Part shown: piece by piece, positions 12,666 to 26,984 of the stretch | Position numbering within the stretch: position 1 is the stretch's first letter | Layout: each line of letters opens with the position of its first letter | NCBI GenBank assembly: GCA_028534125.1 | Contig: CM052817.1 | Span: forward strand, 102,612,001 to 102,676,000 | Direction: 5' to 3' | Source: Lama glama | Taxonomy: Eukaryota | DNA: 64,000 nucleotides | Made by a program: the position numbers and the translations under genes | Notes under the pieces: generated by a model | What the model was told of the DNA's origin: nothing | What the model saw: the letters and a program-made list of their open reading frames with translations, nothing else | Database searches by the model: none

Positions 12666-14879
12666 ATGTTATATTCTCAGTCTGGATGTCCACTCAGTTG
12701 TCAGTCTTGCTGACTTGCTCACAGGTTCCCAGAATTGCAGAAAGCTCAGTATGGTCAGGCAGAGACTACCCTCTTGAATTTATATTCCCAAATAGTATGG
12801 AACTATGGAACTGCTCCCACAGCCCGAGAATTAGGGTAATAAGGAATGAATGAGACCAAGATAAAGGTTCACTGGGACCAACACAGTGTGGAGTAATAAG
12901 TTCAAATGCTGGAGGAATGGGGCATGGGGCAGCTGGTTGGACCAGCTTGAAGATGTAGCTGAATAGTGCAAGGGACCACTGATTCTATGGAAATGGTCTC
13001 CGTGGAATTCAGTACCACGTCGACAAGGTCTTCTGGGGCTTCCACTCATGCCTGTGGGCCTGAGAACAATAATCCAGGTCAGTGTGATTATAAACAGAAG
13101 AAGAACCACCACCATTAACATAAGATTGCTTATAACCAACAAATAAAAGGATAGTCGATTCAAAGGAGTCAACTTACCATGAAAGAAAATGGCTTTTCCA
13201 CTCCTCTTCCCAATGTCAGGGCAATGTATGTAAGGAAGAAAGGAGCTCTTTCATAAGAGCAGGTCATTTCTATGCCTCTCCCAGCTCCACTCCAATTCAG
13301 TCCTCCATAGGTGAGGTGAAGGAGGGCGGGATTTTGGAAACTGACTGACAGAGATACGAGATTGATGTTTAAAAATGACCAGGACTAAGTCTTAGTAACC
13401 ACAATGCAACAGTCGGTACTAGGAAGAAAGTGGAAGTTGAAGGAAGCAGGTCAGGATATCATGATGGAGTCAGCTCTGTGGCAGGAGGCTGGTGGGGGGG
13501 GGTGAGCAGAGCACAGTCGCTCTTTGGAAAAACCTTCATATCTGTACCCTAATGTGGGGAGAGTCCTCAAAAAAAAACCGGTCACAGAAGAAATGATTGT
13601 TATCAGTAATTCAAGGGTCACTGGAGAGAGGCAGTCAGAAGAGCTGCTGCAGCATGGAGAAGCAATCTGGGGCAGGACTCGGGCAGACAATCCTGAAAGG
13701 GGGAGACAAGCTGGTCCAGAGAAACGGGCAGGATTGGGTTGGGCAGAAAGTTTATTTGCTTTACTCTCCCAGAAAACTAAGTATTTGGAAGGCTAGAGGG
13801 AAAATGGAGGAAAATAGGAAATGTTTTGAACTGAGAAAACGGAATGGGTTTGTTTAAGGAAGAGGCTTGTTAACCCACAGCCTGGGGATAATACAGGGAA
13901 CGCTCCCGGACCGATGACAGCCGGGCTGCTCACCCTTTTACTAGCCTAGGCATCTGGGCACCACGTGAGCCACTGGCGTTGCTGACAGCAAGCAGGCTGA
14001 GCTCCCGTGCATCACTCACCTAAAAGCCCGCCACAGCCAGGGGACAAGCGGACAGACTGCACAAGGAAAGATGCATAGCACACCTGGAAATGCCCAAACT
14101 GAGAACAAGGCATAGCTGCGGTTCATAAGGAAAAAAAAATTAAAGAAACGAGTCCTAAAAAGCTATACTTTTATGCTTCATAAGCAGTAGTCTGCTTTTC
14201 TAACTCGGTCCTCCTGCATAATGTAACCCACCTCAACTCAGGTGCCTTCCCCTCCCAGTACGGAGGGTGCGGGGAGGCGGGTGGGCGTGGCTTCCCGAGC
14301 GCTTCTCCGGGAGGTGGAAATTTGGCCAGAAGTTTCTTCCCTTATGAGTCCCAGCAGGAATGTGGTGAGAGAAGGAGAAGACTTGTCCTCCACCGACAGG
14401 AGAGAGCATTTTGAAGTGTTTAGATTGTTTTGGTGATCTGATCAACTGAAGCGCTGGTGTAACAGGGCCTGGAGGACAAAGAGCGCTCAGGTTTGTTTGC
14501 GTGATACGTTGCCTAGGGAAACCCGACAGTCAGAAGGATGCTGGCCTCCCGGTAAACAGCGTACCGTGATATCCTTCAAACTGTCATACCTAATGCAGGA
14601 CTGTCTTAATTTCAGACATTTCAGAATGTTAGGGCAATGTATTCTAGAGTTTATATCTTCACACTCTTTGCCTGGGAAAAATGATGGTAAAATTGCAAAA
14701 AATAGACAACATAAATCACTATTTTTATACTGACAAAATAATTCTATTAGCTAAAATTCTCTCATATATGACATGGTTGCACTAATTTAACAATGCAGTT
14801 ATACTCAGTTTGGGGCCTAAATTTCCAGCCATCTGTTATTCATTTCTGCCTCTAAGGTCCACAAACACATCAAGGTGTT

Positions 14880-15070
14880 TTTAAATTTCTTTTTAAAATT
14901 TTCTTTAACCTAATAGTGTTCATATTTATATTACTTCATTTCCACATATTTGTGAAATTTTCAGTTTTCCTTCTGCCACTGATTTATAGTTTCATTCCTG
15001 TGATCAGAAAATATAGTTGGTATGATTTCAGTCTTCTTCAATTTGTTAAGTCTTGTTTTGTGGCCTAGCT
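14880..15070 (-). mobile_element. L1 ORF2 (endonuclease region) fragment
   Basis: TTTCCACATATTTGTGAA, GTATGATTTCAGTCTT and GTTTTGTGGCCTA. Confidence 0.75.
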
Positions 15071-16867
15071 TTTCTATTTTAAGAGTTGAGAGAGGGAGGG
15101 AGAGAGAGAAAGTAACATATCAAAAAAGAATTCAAAACAAAAAAAATTCAGAAAAGGAAAGATTGCCCCCATAAAACAAGAATTTAATTGTACCTTTAAT
15201 TAACTTGCAGTCCCTTTTTGATGAATTTTAAAATTAAAATTATTTTCTAGTATTATTACTTTTTCTCTCTTTTTATTGGTAACTTTTAAAGTGGAAAATT
15301 CCATCCCCACTGTCTGAGACAAGGTTAAGTTGCTTGAACAAGGATTTCCCAGGACCAAGGAACTTCAGCCTCATCCTCTACCACTCACTCCCAGCCTCCT
15401 CTAAGCCTGCCCTGCCACTCTGAGCCCCAGTGATGCGTAGTGACTTTCAGCAGTTTGAGCACTTCAAGGCTTACTCGCCTAGAACTTCTCCATTACTCTT
15501 TCCATATCCCTTTATCCTGTCTTACTTTTCTTTCCAGTATTCTGATATGAGATATATATATGTATATATATATATATTTGTTTGTTTATTGTTTATCTTC
15601 CCCAACTGTAAAGCAGCTCCAAGGATCGGTGATTTTATCTTATTCACTGCTGCATCACCAGACCCTGAGACGGCACCTGATAAATAATAATGCTGGCTGA
15701 TACTGAAATAAAAATGTTATTTTCCAACAAAGGTAACCATCACCATATGTTTCCTCTTCCTACCTGCAAAGTGACAATTAGGGTAAAGAAAAGGCTTTCC
15801 AGATGCTCCTTACCATCTTTTGCCACCCATCCCTCAAGGAACTCCCACTTGGACCCTTTCGCTTTTCCGTCCCTTCGATGTCTAGAGCAGAATCCTCAGC
15901 CCTCGTCCATGCCTGAATCCACTGTGCCTCTTCAACAGAACATCACTTTGCTATTTAGTCATCACATGTCTGTCCTGTACCTAACAGTACCACACTTCAC
16001 ACTCATCCTTCTCTTTGTCCACCACTTCCTCTAGACCCCTTAGAAAAAGGAGTGAAGAAATAGGATACTCTGCATATCAACAGTCTTTCCACAAGACACC
16101 AGTGTGTCCTGGTAGGTCCGTTTAGGAGGAAAGCAAGAGGTGGCCACCGGATTGTGTGGGAAAGAGTCCAGGGAAGAGACAGGAATGCTTCACAGGAGTC
16201 GACAGCTTCAGCATCGTTCTACCTAGGGACTGGACTGAAAGCAGCTGTGTTACATGTCTCCCAATGGAAAGTGGCCACTCTGGAATTTTCTGGCTAGCTT
16301 TCAATGATCTATTACTCTTGTAAAGTTCAGGGTTTTGGTTTTTTTGTTTTGTTTTGTTTTGGTTTTGGTTCTTTGTCTTTTGGCAGCCAGTCACATCTGA
16401 TCAGCAACTTGTAATGACTGTGTCATCTTTCTCACATTAAAAAACTTAATGCAAATGATAAGAAAGTTTAAGGAAGTGTTAACCCCTCAGGAAAGTTGTA
16501 TAATGTATTTCAAAAGAGTTTTTCAAGTTAATTAATGCTCTTCTAGTCTGCTGAGTATTCTTATCCCCCAGCAGCCGAGACACAGAATGAATGGTCACCA
16601 TAAGTATTTGTCATATTTTTGTTTTAATGAATGATCTGAAATGTACGATCTGATTGACGGTCCAAATGTTAAAGTTGTTGTGTTTTTGTGGCATATATTG
16701 CACAACTATGTTGGCTATTCTTGTCTCATTTTTAACCCATGATACTCATCATAGTCCACGAGTATACCCAGTATCCAAAGAGACCGTATTTCAACAGGCC
16801 TGGTGTGTATGCCCCTTGTTTGCCCATCAGCAGAAACACAGGTGACTAGGACATGCTGAAGAGACAC

Positions 16868-17120
<253 letters not shown>

Positions 17121-20100
17121 CTCCCTTGATTATCATCCCAAGTAATACCATAATGTACTGCTTTACAATTATAATACACTTAAAAGAAATTCTAACCTCT
17201 GTGTGACCAATTACTCAATCCCTCCTTATTGCTAGGTATGGAAATAGTAGTAGAGTGCTTGGAACTGAGGAAATCAGAGAGATTTTAGGCAATCTGCACT
17301 AGCATACAAATTCATTCTTATGCTGATCCCGAAGTTTGGAGGTACCAGTTCATACATGATATGCCACATATCTTTCATGTCAAACAACTAAGAGAATAAC
17401 ATCAACATTGCCATCTCAAATTTTGTAATACATTTTGTTGTAAATTATTCTGTTTTGAATAAAGTATTATTTAATATTCATACAATCTTGTGGGCTTCTT
17501 TTAGACTGAGATTTTTCTAATTTTGTTCCATGAATATATAACAAGTGCATTTCCCTAGCATCAAACATTTGAAGAAAATACTAGTGTAATTTGTTCCTGT
17601 GCAGCCACAGATGTCAAATTCCTGTCATAAAAGAGACTGCATTAAGTGTTTTTACCAAAATCTTAGCCATTTTGAAATCAAAAGGGCATGGAAATTGATA
17701 GCAGCTGATGGACATGGTTTTTAGTAAAGGAAGTTTTTAGTCATAGGTTTTGTATATAATGGTTCTTCACAGAATACGGGCAGTGTGGATCTGACGTATT
17801 TAATTCAAATGTGGGTTATTAAGAAATGGTTAGGATATAAAAGCAAAAGTCGTATGAATTATTATTTACTCTTTGAAATTCTGCTTCACATTTTATTTAT
17901 TTTTTCTTTTTGGTCTGCTCTCCCTCAGTAATATCCCCAAAGGTACCCTTGCTCTTAAGCACATACTTTAAGGCAAGCATCATATTTTGAGTATTACTTA
18001 ACAGAGCAATATTAGAAAGCCAGATCCTATGAGGGCTGTACCAAGCAGCGAGGGTCCGTGAGTCAAGGCTGTGGGGTTTTGTGTTTGACAGACCTTCGTT
18101 AGGGTGTAGTCAGGAACATATGAGAGGTCGACTAGCTCTGGGAGAGGAAAAGTGGGGACATAAGTACTCATTTCTGTAAGTCTGGGCTGCTTGAACATCA
18201 TGTTACCTTGGGTTGCATGAAATCTGGCCGACTGCTCAATAAAACACCCTTGGTTACTCAGGTATAAGGCTTCTGACTTCAGCTTTCCCCTTCCTCATCA
18301 AGACTATTTCCATAGAAACACAGATAGGAAGAGCATCACGAAAGCAATTTGCTTCTGCTTCCATTTAAATGGAAATGGAGTTTACAGCAGGCAAAATAAA
18401 AGAGAGCTCTAATAAGTAATATTTTCAAATGCATCCTTCAGATTTAACCCTCTCAACTTATAAAGTAGTTACTGGTAGCTAAAAATTTGAAGCATAACAA
18501 GGCAATTTTATACCTGGAGCAAATTATAAGGCTTCCACTTAAGCTAAAATAGGCTTCTGAACTTGAAATGCATGCTGGTCTCAGCTCCTGTTCCAAAATC
18601 TAAATTGTACCTTCTGCAACCCAAGGACAGCTCCCATCTCTTCCTTCCGTGATGGGTGGGGGCTAGTTGCCACGAGGGAGTGACTTGAGGGTCTGAGGTA
18701 TATTTTTTGTCTGTTTCCAAGTGTCTCATAGAGACTTTCTACTATTTCTGCTTTGGGCACACTCTGCTATATATTTTAAATATTAACCAAGCACAAATCA
18801 TAGGCAAGTCAAATGGTGAAAATATAAGAGCTTCACATTTTATGAGGAAATTTTCACATTCTGGCTTGCACAATGCTGGATAAGTAAAATGTTTGATGTT
18901 TATCAATAAAGTAAAAAAAAATGATTTGCAATATGAGCCAAAATTGGGACCAGTTAAAAATCACTCAGTTCATTTCTCATTTTAAAAAAGATACTTTGCT
19001 AAGCATTTTAAAATTATTTTCCAAGTTTTTATTTCAAAAGTACTTCTTGAATGTTTTTGTTACAGAAACAAAAGAATGTAATTCATAGAAACATTAGGCA
19101 AAATCAATATTAAACATGACATGTCAGTAGTTCTTTTATTAGTTGGATGAGTCAAATAGACTTCTGACTTTTACTTTAGTTGGGTACATCCATCAGTCAC
19201 TTGAAGTGTTAGTGTTTCTAAGAAGCCAGAATCATATTTTATGATTGATGAGTGTGATTAGGAGGAAGAAATGACAATTTGGGGGGAAAAATAGAATTCT
19301 GTCTTTTTAGTTTAAGGGAGAAATCCATTTGAGGAACACTCAGTCAAAAAAGATTTTTTTTTTTCAAAAGGCAAAGTGCGACTAAAAGAATTTTGTCCCC
19401 CTCCTTCCTGCACAATACTTGGGGCTCATCTCTGCTCTCAGGCAGAGAGGAGAAGGCCTGTGAATAGGAAGTGTTCACCCGGCATGTTGCAGACGGCAGG
19501 AGAGGAAGGGGGAGGCAGAGTGGCCTCCTCTGGGACCCCTACACTGCCCTCACCTGGGCATGGCCGGAACTGAGACCTGAGTCCCATCCAGTAGATGTGT
19601 GTGGTTGTAAAGTCACCACCTTAAGAAATTATAGCCGCAGACTGAGGGGTTTTTGAGATTTGCATTTCTGTCCTAACCCATGAAGCATCCGATCACACAT
19701 GCTGTGAAGTAGATTACTAAAGGATGCGGAAGACAAGAAGAGACTTCAACAAGGAAAGAATGACAGATCTGTTCACTAATGCCACATTTTACTAATATCT
19801 TAGAGATTAAAATGATTATTTAATGTACGACCATACTATCTGTGTGCTGTGTTTTATTTGTAGTTTGCTATATTTATGCTTACATTAGCATTTTTACCTC
19901 AGGGGAACGTGACAAAATTTAAACAAAGGTAACTGCTTCTGGTACACCATGAACTGTCCACAAATTCTTTCTAAATTCTCCTCCAGCCTTCATTCATTCC
20001 ACGTGAGAAGGTACATGAAGGGGGGAGGAGCACTACATCAGTTGCGGGTCTGTCCCAGAGATCACAGCAGCGCCTGGCACGGAGCAAGCACTTTCTGCTT

Positions 20101-20319
20101 GTGAAATGAATGAATAAAAGTAACTGGGTGCTTCTAAGTATTGCTAACGGGAGAGTCTCCAACTGGGTGGCCCGAACTGATATTTAAGGGAAACACACCA
20201 GTATCTATTTGGGCATAACAGACAAGCATGAATCCCCTTAATGCTATTTGGACAAGGCTTATTCAAGTTTAGCTCCGTTGCACCTCCGTGGCCCAGAGTG
20301 CGAAGGGTGTGGGCTTCAG

Positions 20320-20480
20320 GGTCTTACAGTCCTGCCCCTGAATTTTGTGACTTTGGTAAAATTTCTTCCTCTTGCTGGGTCACATGTTTTTAACTCAAAA
20401 ATCGGGAACCAACTTCAGTGGCTTCCTATAGGGGTTACATGTCGCGGCACCGTGACTGGCCCAGGCTGTCAGCAGATCTT
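20320..20480. mobile_element. MIR fragment
   Basis: TGTGACTTTGGTAAAATTTCTTCCTCT and AAAATCGGGA resemble the MIR core. Confidence 0.5.
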
Positions 20481-20765
20481 CAACACAGAGTAGTTACAGA
20501 AAAAGAAATGGCTAAATCATCCTCATGCTATCTTTAGGTTGTGTTGGATTCTGATGTCACCACTGAAGCAGCCCTAGGACTGCCCCACCATCAAGCATTT
20601 CTATAACCTGGCCCCATTTTTCCTCCACAGCAGCTCCCACACTCCCCACGAGAAGCCTTGACTTCACTCTGTCCCTCCCCAAACCCGCAGTCCTCATCTG
20701 TGCCCACTTCCACGCCCGCTCAGGCCACTTCCCCAGCTGTGACGCTCTCCCCTCTCTTGTCACTG

Positions 20766-21427
20766 TCTGATGATTAATTTATGGGACAGCTTGGCTGGCC
20801 ATGAGGTGCCCACATTAAACACTATTTCGGGATGTGTCTGTGAGGGTATTTCTGGATGAGAGCAGCATTTGAATTAGTGAACTCAGTGAAGTAGATTTCT
20901 CTCCCCAATGTGGGAGGGTCCGAATAGAACAAAAAGGTAGAGGAAGGAAGACTTTGCCCTTTTTCCCTGACTCATTGCTTGAGCTGGGACATCTCATCAT
21001 CTCTTTTCTGGCCCTGAGACCGGCACGCACACCATCAGCTTGTGTGGCTCTCAGGTCTTTGGATTCTCACTGAGTCATACCACCAGCTCTCCTGGGGCTC
21101 CAGCTTGCAGATGACAGATCAGACCAGGGGACTTCTCAGCCTTCAGAGCTGTGTGAGCCAATTCCTCATAATGAATCTCCTTATATATATATATAACATA
21201 CACTTATAATATATATGATATATACTATATAATACATACTGTATATATTACATATACTATATATTATATAATATATAGTTTACATATAGTATATACCATA
21301 ATTACATATAATTGTATATATATAAAATTTATAAATTTAGATTTTATATATATATAAATATAAAATTAGTCAGGATTTCCCAGTGCATATACTGGTTCTG
21401 CTTCTCTGGAGAGCCCTGACTAATACA
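20766..21427 (+). mobile_element. MLT2 (ERVL) solo LTR with expanded internal TA-rich tract
   Basis: GTGTCTGTGAGGGTATTTCTGGATGAGA, TTGAGCTGGGACATC and GTGAGCCAATTCCTCATAAT, then (TA)-rich 21181-21365, ending GCCCTGACTAATACA. Confidence 0.9.
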
Positions 21428-21559
21428 TTATCCTTAAGACCCACCTTGTCCATGAAGCTGCTCTAGCTACATGATTCACATGAATCTCTTCTGGCTTGGG
21501 GTTCCCGTGTAGCCTTTCCCTTTCCCCGGGCCCTTAGCCATCTGCTCTTTCTTACCGTT

Positions 21560-21685
21560 CTCTACTTACTGAGAGTATCTGAGTTCTGGGAGCGTGAGCC
21601 CTTCGGGTCCAAGGACAATAACTAGCGTTTAGCACAGTGTCTGGCACGTAGTAGATGCTCAGTAGATAAATATTTGAATTGACGG
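21560..21685. mobile_element. L2 3' end
   Basis: TAGCACAGTGTCTGGCACGTAGTAGATGCTCAGTA..AATATTTGAATTGA. Confidence 0.7.
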
Positions 21686-24659
21686 CCTTGAATATGTTGG
21701 GGATTTTCCTCTCTCAACAGCAGGAACTGTGCAGTCCATCAGCAGATATCCAGTCAGCCCAGAGCAGACAAGAACCTGACCCAAGTGGGCCCAGTTGTAC
21801 CCGCTGGCTGGAGCAAGTCATGTCTGCGACCTCAGACAAACACTCCATTTTCCTCTATACTGGATTGCAAAGTGATTCTCCTCTAACACAACTCTAATAA
21901 GGGCCTTATTTCAGCAAGTAGATGAATCACTCCACTTCCAAGGGGAGCTGAGGCCCCTGGCAGTAGCCATTTTTCTTCCAAAATATCTTTCTGCTTTTGA
22001 TCATCATGGGATTAACAGAACATATTGAGGAGACTATCTTTTATTAACACCCTATGGTGTCTCTGATGAGACGACCACATAGAGTTTGGGAAATGACAAT
22101 GGAAACTGTGAAATGCTGGCCCTTCGGGGCAGTCTTTTTTATTTTACAGAAAAAGCAGTGTGAGGACCAGTGACAGCTGCTGGCTTGCCCCCCAGATCGC
22201 ATGCACCAAAGCAGGGAAGCAGCCATCCAGACAGCCTAAACCCATCATCTTTGAAAACAAGTTCCTTTTTCTATGGACAGCTTTTATCTAGAGACGGATT
22301 AAGGGACTGCAGTTTGATTCCAACACATTCTGCTGTGCTCTGTGCCACCTGTTTTTTCCTTCTGTCTTCATCTGGACCAGCTTCTCTAGTTTTTAACTTA
22401 GATTCATTAGTGTTAAGTTGCAAGTCAATCAGGGCTGTCAGTGCATTGAATGATCCAATCAGAGGATGGTACAGAGGTTTCACATCACAGGTTAACTCTG
22501 CTCAGTTCATGAGAAGTGCCTGGTATGCTGGGATGAAAAGGACCTATAGGTGGTCCCTGGGCTCAGCAGGAAAGAATGTCATGATTAATTAGAAGTATCT
22601 GCCTTGGGGAAGGGCTGGAAAAACAATTCCCTCTCATACCATAGACCTTACTCAACTTTTCTGTCTGAAACCCTCAAAATCCATGATTTTTCCTTGTATC
22701 TTAAAACATAGGTAGAGTGCACCAAATGAATAAAACAGAAAGTGAGCATCTTGTTATAAAAACATTCATATATCCATGTGGCAAAATATTCTAACACTAC
22801 AGAAGATATAAGATGAAAAGTAAAAATTTCTCTTCCTTGTTTCTCCCCATACTGACTCTTGGAACCTCTCTTTAAAGTGGATGTTTACCAGTTTGGGGAT
22901 ATTCTTCCAGAAAAATGCTGGAATAATATTCAACTGAAAAATCATTCTTTGAGCACCTTGCTAGTTGCCAGGTGTTATGAGAATGAATCATATAGTTTCT
23001 GCCCTCAGGAAGCATGCAACGTAGCTGAGGAAAAAATAACAGGATGAGGGGGTATGGAGGGAGCAGGGAGCAGCATTTGAGTTGACACGAGTCTCAAGTC
23101 ACTCCTGTGACTGCGTTGCTGTGGAAATTGTCTTCACCCTCAGATGCACCAACTTCAGCGCGGAAAGCTGAACCCTTCTCCCTTCTGCTTTCTGCCAGAG
23201 GTGAACTGGGGGCAGTCAAGGCCACCTGGCACAGGAGGCTCCAGACCTGAGAATACAGGACAGCCGGGCGGTGGTGGTGGGAAGAGGGCAGAAGCCATGT
23301 TACTTCTGCTTGGGAATAGCTGCCTGAGATATGAGGCTTTCAGATTGGAGATACACTTGTGGAGCCTCTGGAACATTCACAGAAGGCATCCCTCAGCAGA
23401 ACCCCTCTCCTTCCAACACAAGGAACTGACCTCCTGTTTCCAGACCCCCAACAGTCAAGAATTCTGCCAGCTCCTGGTGGTGAAGGTTGTGCTCAGATTC
23501 CAGGTGATTCTGAGAAACGGTTAGGCCTTGGCACACCCAACTTTGTTCCTCCTTTAGATCAAGGAGCTTCCAAACGTCACTTCCTCAGAGCAGCTACCTT
23601 TAGGTAGAGGAGACAGTTAGTGGTGTAGCCAGCTCACACATGGTCACCATGAAGATCCTCGTGGCTTTGAAAAGCTCAGAGGGTCATCATACATGAGTAC
23701 CAGAAATGACAGAGTACTGATCTCAGCCCAGTTTGGGGAATTTTTCTTCTTTCTACTTTCCTCTTGTGTTTAACCACTTGACACGTCTGAAGCTCAACTT
23801 TCTAAGAACAGTCCCTTTAGATTTAAGGAAGAGAAGACCCCTTCTGTAAGCATTGGCTCAAGCCTGGTGTAGGCGCATCCCTGGGTTATGAAAAGGGCCA
23901 CCTTTAATGCCATCTCATTAAAGCCCGGCAGAGGAGCTGAACCTATAGCTGGACCAGAAGAAACGTTTCTATTTCCAGGGCATTTTGTTCTTTGATTCAT
24001 TAGGAAGAAATACCACCCAGGTTCAAAGTTTCACCACCTCTTTGCTGTCAGAACCAAGCAAAATCCATAGCGGTTTCTCAACAGTGGTTTAGTATAAATA
24101 AAATTTACAACACCCTCATTTAAATTCTGTTTGCTTGGGGATTTTGTCAGTTTACATATGCTGAAGTTCTACTAAAATTAGTTAACATTGAAACAGAGAT
24201 ATTTGTTTGTCTTACAGATTTTCTACTCTGAAATATCCTCCTAAAGCCCCCAGGGAGCTCCAGCTCGGCTCAGTAAGGTCCTGTCATCTTTTTTCCCCGA
24301 TGGATGCTTTGAACACAGAATACCGACTGTCTTTGCAGAGTGGAGCTGGGATCCCATGAAGGTGAAGAAGAGGGAGGCCTGCAAAATCAGAGTCCTGGGT
24401 GCCCATTGGAGAATACTTGATGTACAAAAACGTGACCACAAGGATAAAAGCTTAAAAGATGTTTCACACTCTCCTCTGGCTTTCCATGTCTTCACAGTCC
24501 TCTAAGAGCAAGATTGTGCTGTTATGTTAGTGAGGCATTCAGAGGTATTGGGCATAAATGAGGTTACAGGATCATGACCCAAACATACATTCAATTGCTT
24601 TCTTGTCTTATAAGCATCTTTATTTCAAATATTCAAAACTGAACTAAGGATATTTCCTA

Positions 24660-24970
24660 CATCCTCAATGCTATACTCCCATCTGCCCCAGGGTCTTTGC
24701 ACATAATGTTTTTAACTTCCTTGTTTCCTCCTTAGTTCTGAGAAGAATCTTTGATTCAGATCAAAGGTCAGTTCCATAGGGGGGTTCTCTGACACTGCTG
24801 CCTAAGTCAAATCATCTTGCTAAAGTTCTCAGAGCTCCATGTACATTTTCCATATAGTCCTTATCACAGTTTTTAATGTATATTGTGTGACTATTTGATT
24901 AACGTCTATTTTCCTAAAAATTAGACTAACTGCTTTGAAGGCAGGATCACATCTGCTTAATTCAACAAGT
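24660..24970. mobile_element. L2 fragment
   Basis: CAGGGTCTTTGCACAT, CTTATCACAG, TATTTGATTAACGTCT and TTGAAGGCAGGA. Confidence 0.55.
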
Positions 24971-26984
24971 GATATTGGCTATCCAACTCACTAATTGCTA
25001 CAATTCTTTCAAATTGTGGCTTCTCTGTAGGGTTGATCCCATGCTGTGCCTCTTTCTGCTATACCCTAGGGAGTTGCTGCATAGAATGACATATGACGTT
25101 GAATTAAATGATTGCTATGCAAGTAATTGGATCATAATTATTTCTTGCAAATTTACCAAAACAAAACTGTGTTTGGATGGATCTAAAACTGCTGGCTTTT
25201 CTACAATCTTCCCAATGAGCTCCATATGCTTGTAGTCACTTCCTCTGACCTAGTCACATGGATGTGTCTCATTTCATGGTGAACCAAATTGTTCTCTAGC
25301 ACATCCTCCATCCGCAGCCTCATTTGGCCATCCTGCAAGCATGAAACACTGTTCAAACGTGCAGCAGGGTATTAATGCATATGTGGATCCATGAGAATTT
25401 ATAATCTTGACAATAACGTGGTTCAAACTGAGTATATTACTTTCAGAAGATCACTGTATTATTTCTGTCAATGTCATGTCTATGATTTTCCAGCATTACA
25501 AATTTCATGAATGGATAAACTGCTTAGCCTCTTTGTAGGCTATGGGCAAGAGAAAGTAATCATGAAACTTTAGTGTACTTGATGTATTATTACTTTTGAG
25601 TCTAGCAGAAAAGACCGTTAGCTCTTGTATCCTTCATCTTGATTAATTATATTGCTGGAGATCGCTTCCCTAGATCCATGCCATTTAAAAATAATTACAC
25701 TTCAGCTACTTGTGTAATGAGGGAGAAAAGCACTTAGCATTTTTCCAGCTTGTCTGATTATTGTTTGTTGCATATATAAATACGTGCTGCTTTCTCTCTT
25801 CGAGGTAGAAGGACTTCTGGTAGGCCTGTTCACCTAGCTGATGACACTCACTCCCCGATGCCGACAGTAGGTTGATTATTAAGTCAAGGTATAATTCTTG
25901 GTTTATCTGTGAAATAATTTTAGAAGTCAGTTCAGCGGAAGAATTCTACTGATAAAGAAGGATCTTGACAGAGGCATGAGTTGTCGGAGGCAGACGTGAG
26001 ACAGCCCTAGTGATTATTCATGTGTGTTTTGTGAGCAACATTTATTAAATTTGTTTTTATGTGGTTCAAAGCAGCTTGACAGTTTGACCTCTCGTTACTG
26101 TTTTGGTTGATGTTCCCAGAGTAGATCTGTGTGCAGGGACGTCATAATGCCGGGCTATCTGTCTGAGGGCAATCACAGGCACCAGGAGAACAGCAGGCTG
26201 CATTGATGGGACTCCTGGTAATGCTGGTTATCACCCCATCCTCTCCCCAGAGATATGTAACTCTTCCTGTGATGTACCATGCAAGGTATGTAATCTTTCA
26301 CAGGATTCTTGAAAATGGCTTCATTGTGTGGAACTGTAATGAACTAAGTAAAGGAACTATTGGTTTCTAGGACTTTAAAAATCCAACATTGGGGAGAAGT
26401 GAGATAAAGGGCAGTTTACTTAAACTTCCCAGATTTGATTTTAGCCTTACCTGGAAATAGAGGGTCCACACGAAAAAAACTATTTAAAAGGGTCCTGGGT
26501 GGGGAACAGTTCTTGAATCCTCGACCCACAAAAAAATACTTTGGTGATTAACGATGTGAATTCTTCCTGAGACCGAGCCAGTCCAAAGGGCCACAACTGA
26601 GTTCTGGAAAGGCTGATTTTATAGACGATTAGCTGCATTGGGATGATTGTATTTCAGACTTGACTCTGAACGTGGCCTCTTCCGTCCAGAGGAAGTAAAC
26701 CTGAGCATACCACCATCACACCTGCACCCTGAAAGGGTTGAGGAGCAAGGCTCAACGGGAAAGGTCAGGAAGCCTTTCAGAGCCAGCACTGTAGCTCCCC
26801 CAGCCAAGCCCTCCGGGAGCTGGCACAGTGCTCTTCCTCTGCCTGTCTGGACCTTCCCCCTGCTGTGTACCTCCTCCAGGACCTGTGGACTCTCCATTTC
26901 ACTTTTCCTTGCAGTCTTTTTTTTTTTTTTTTGAATCTGGCTCATCATCCCATACATCCCTGTGCTTTACTTAACAAATGTTAA

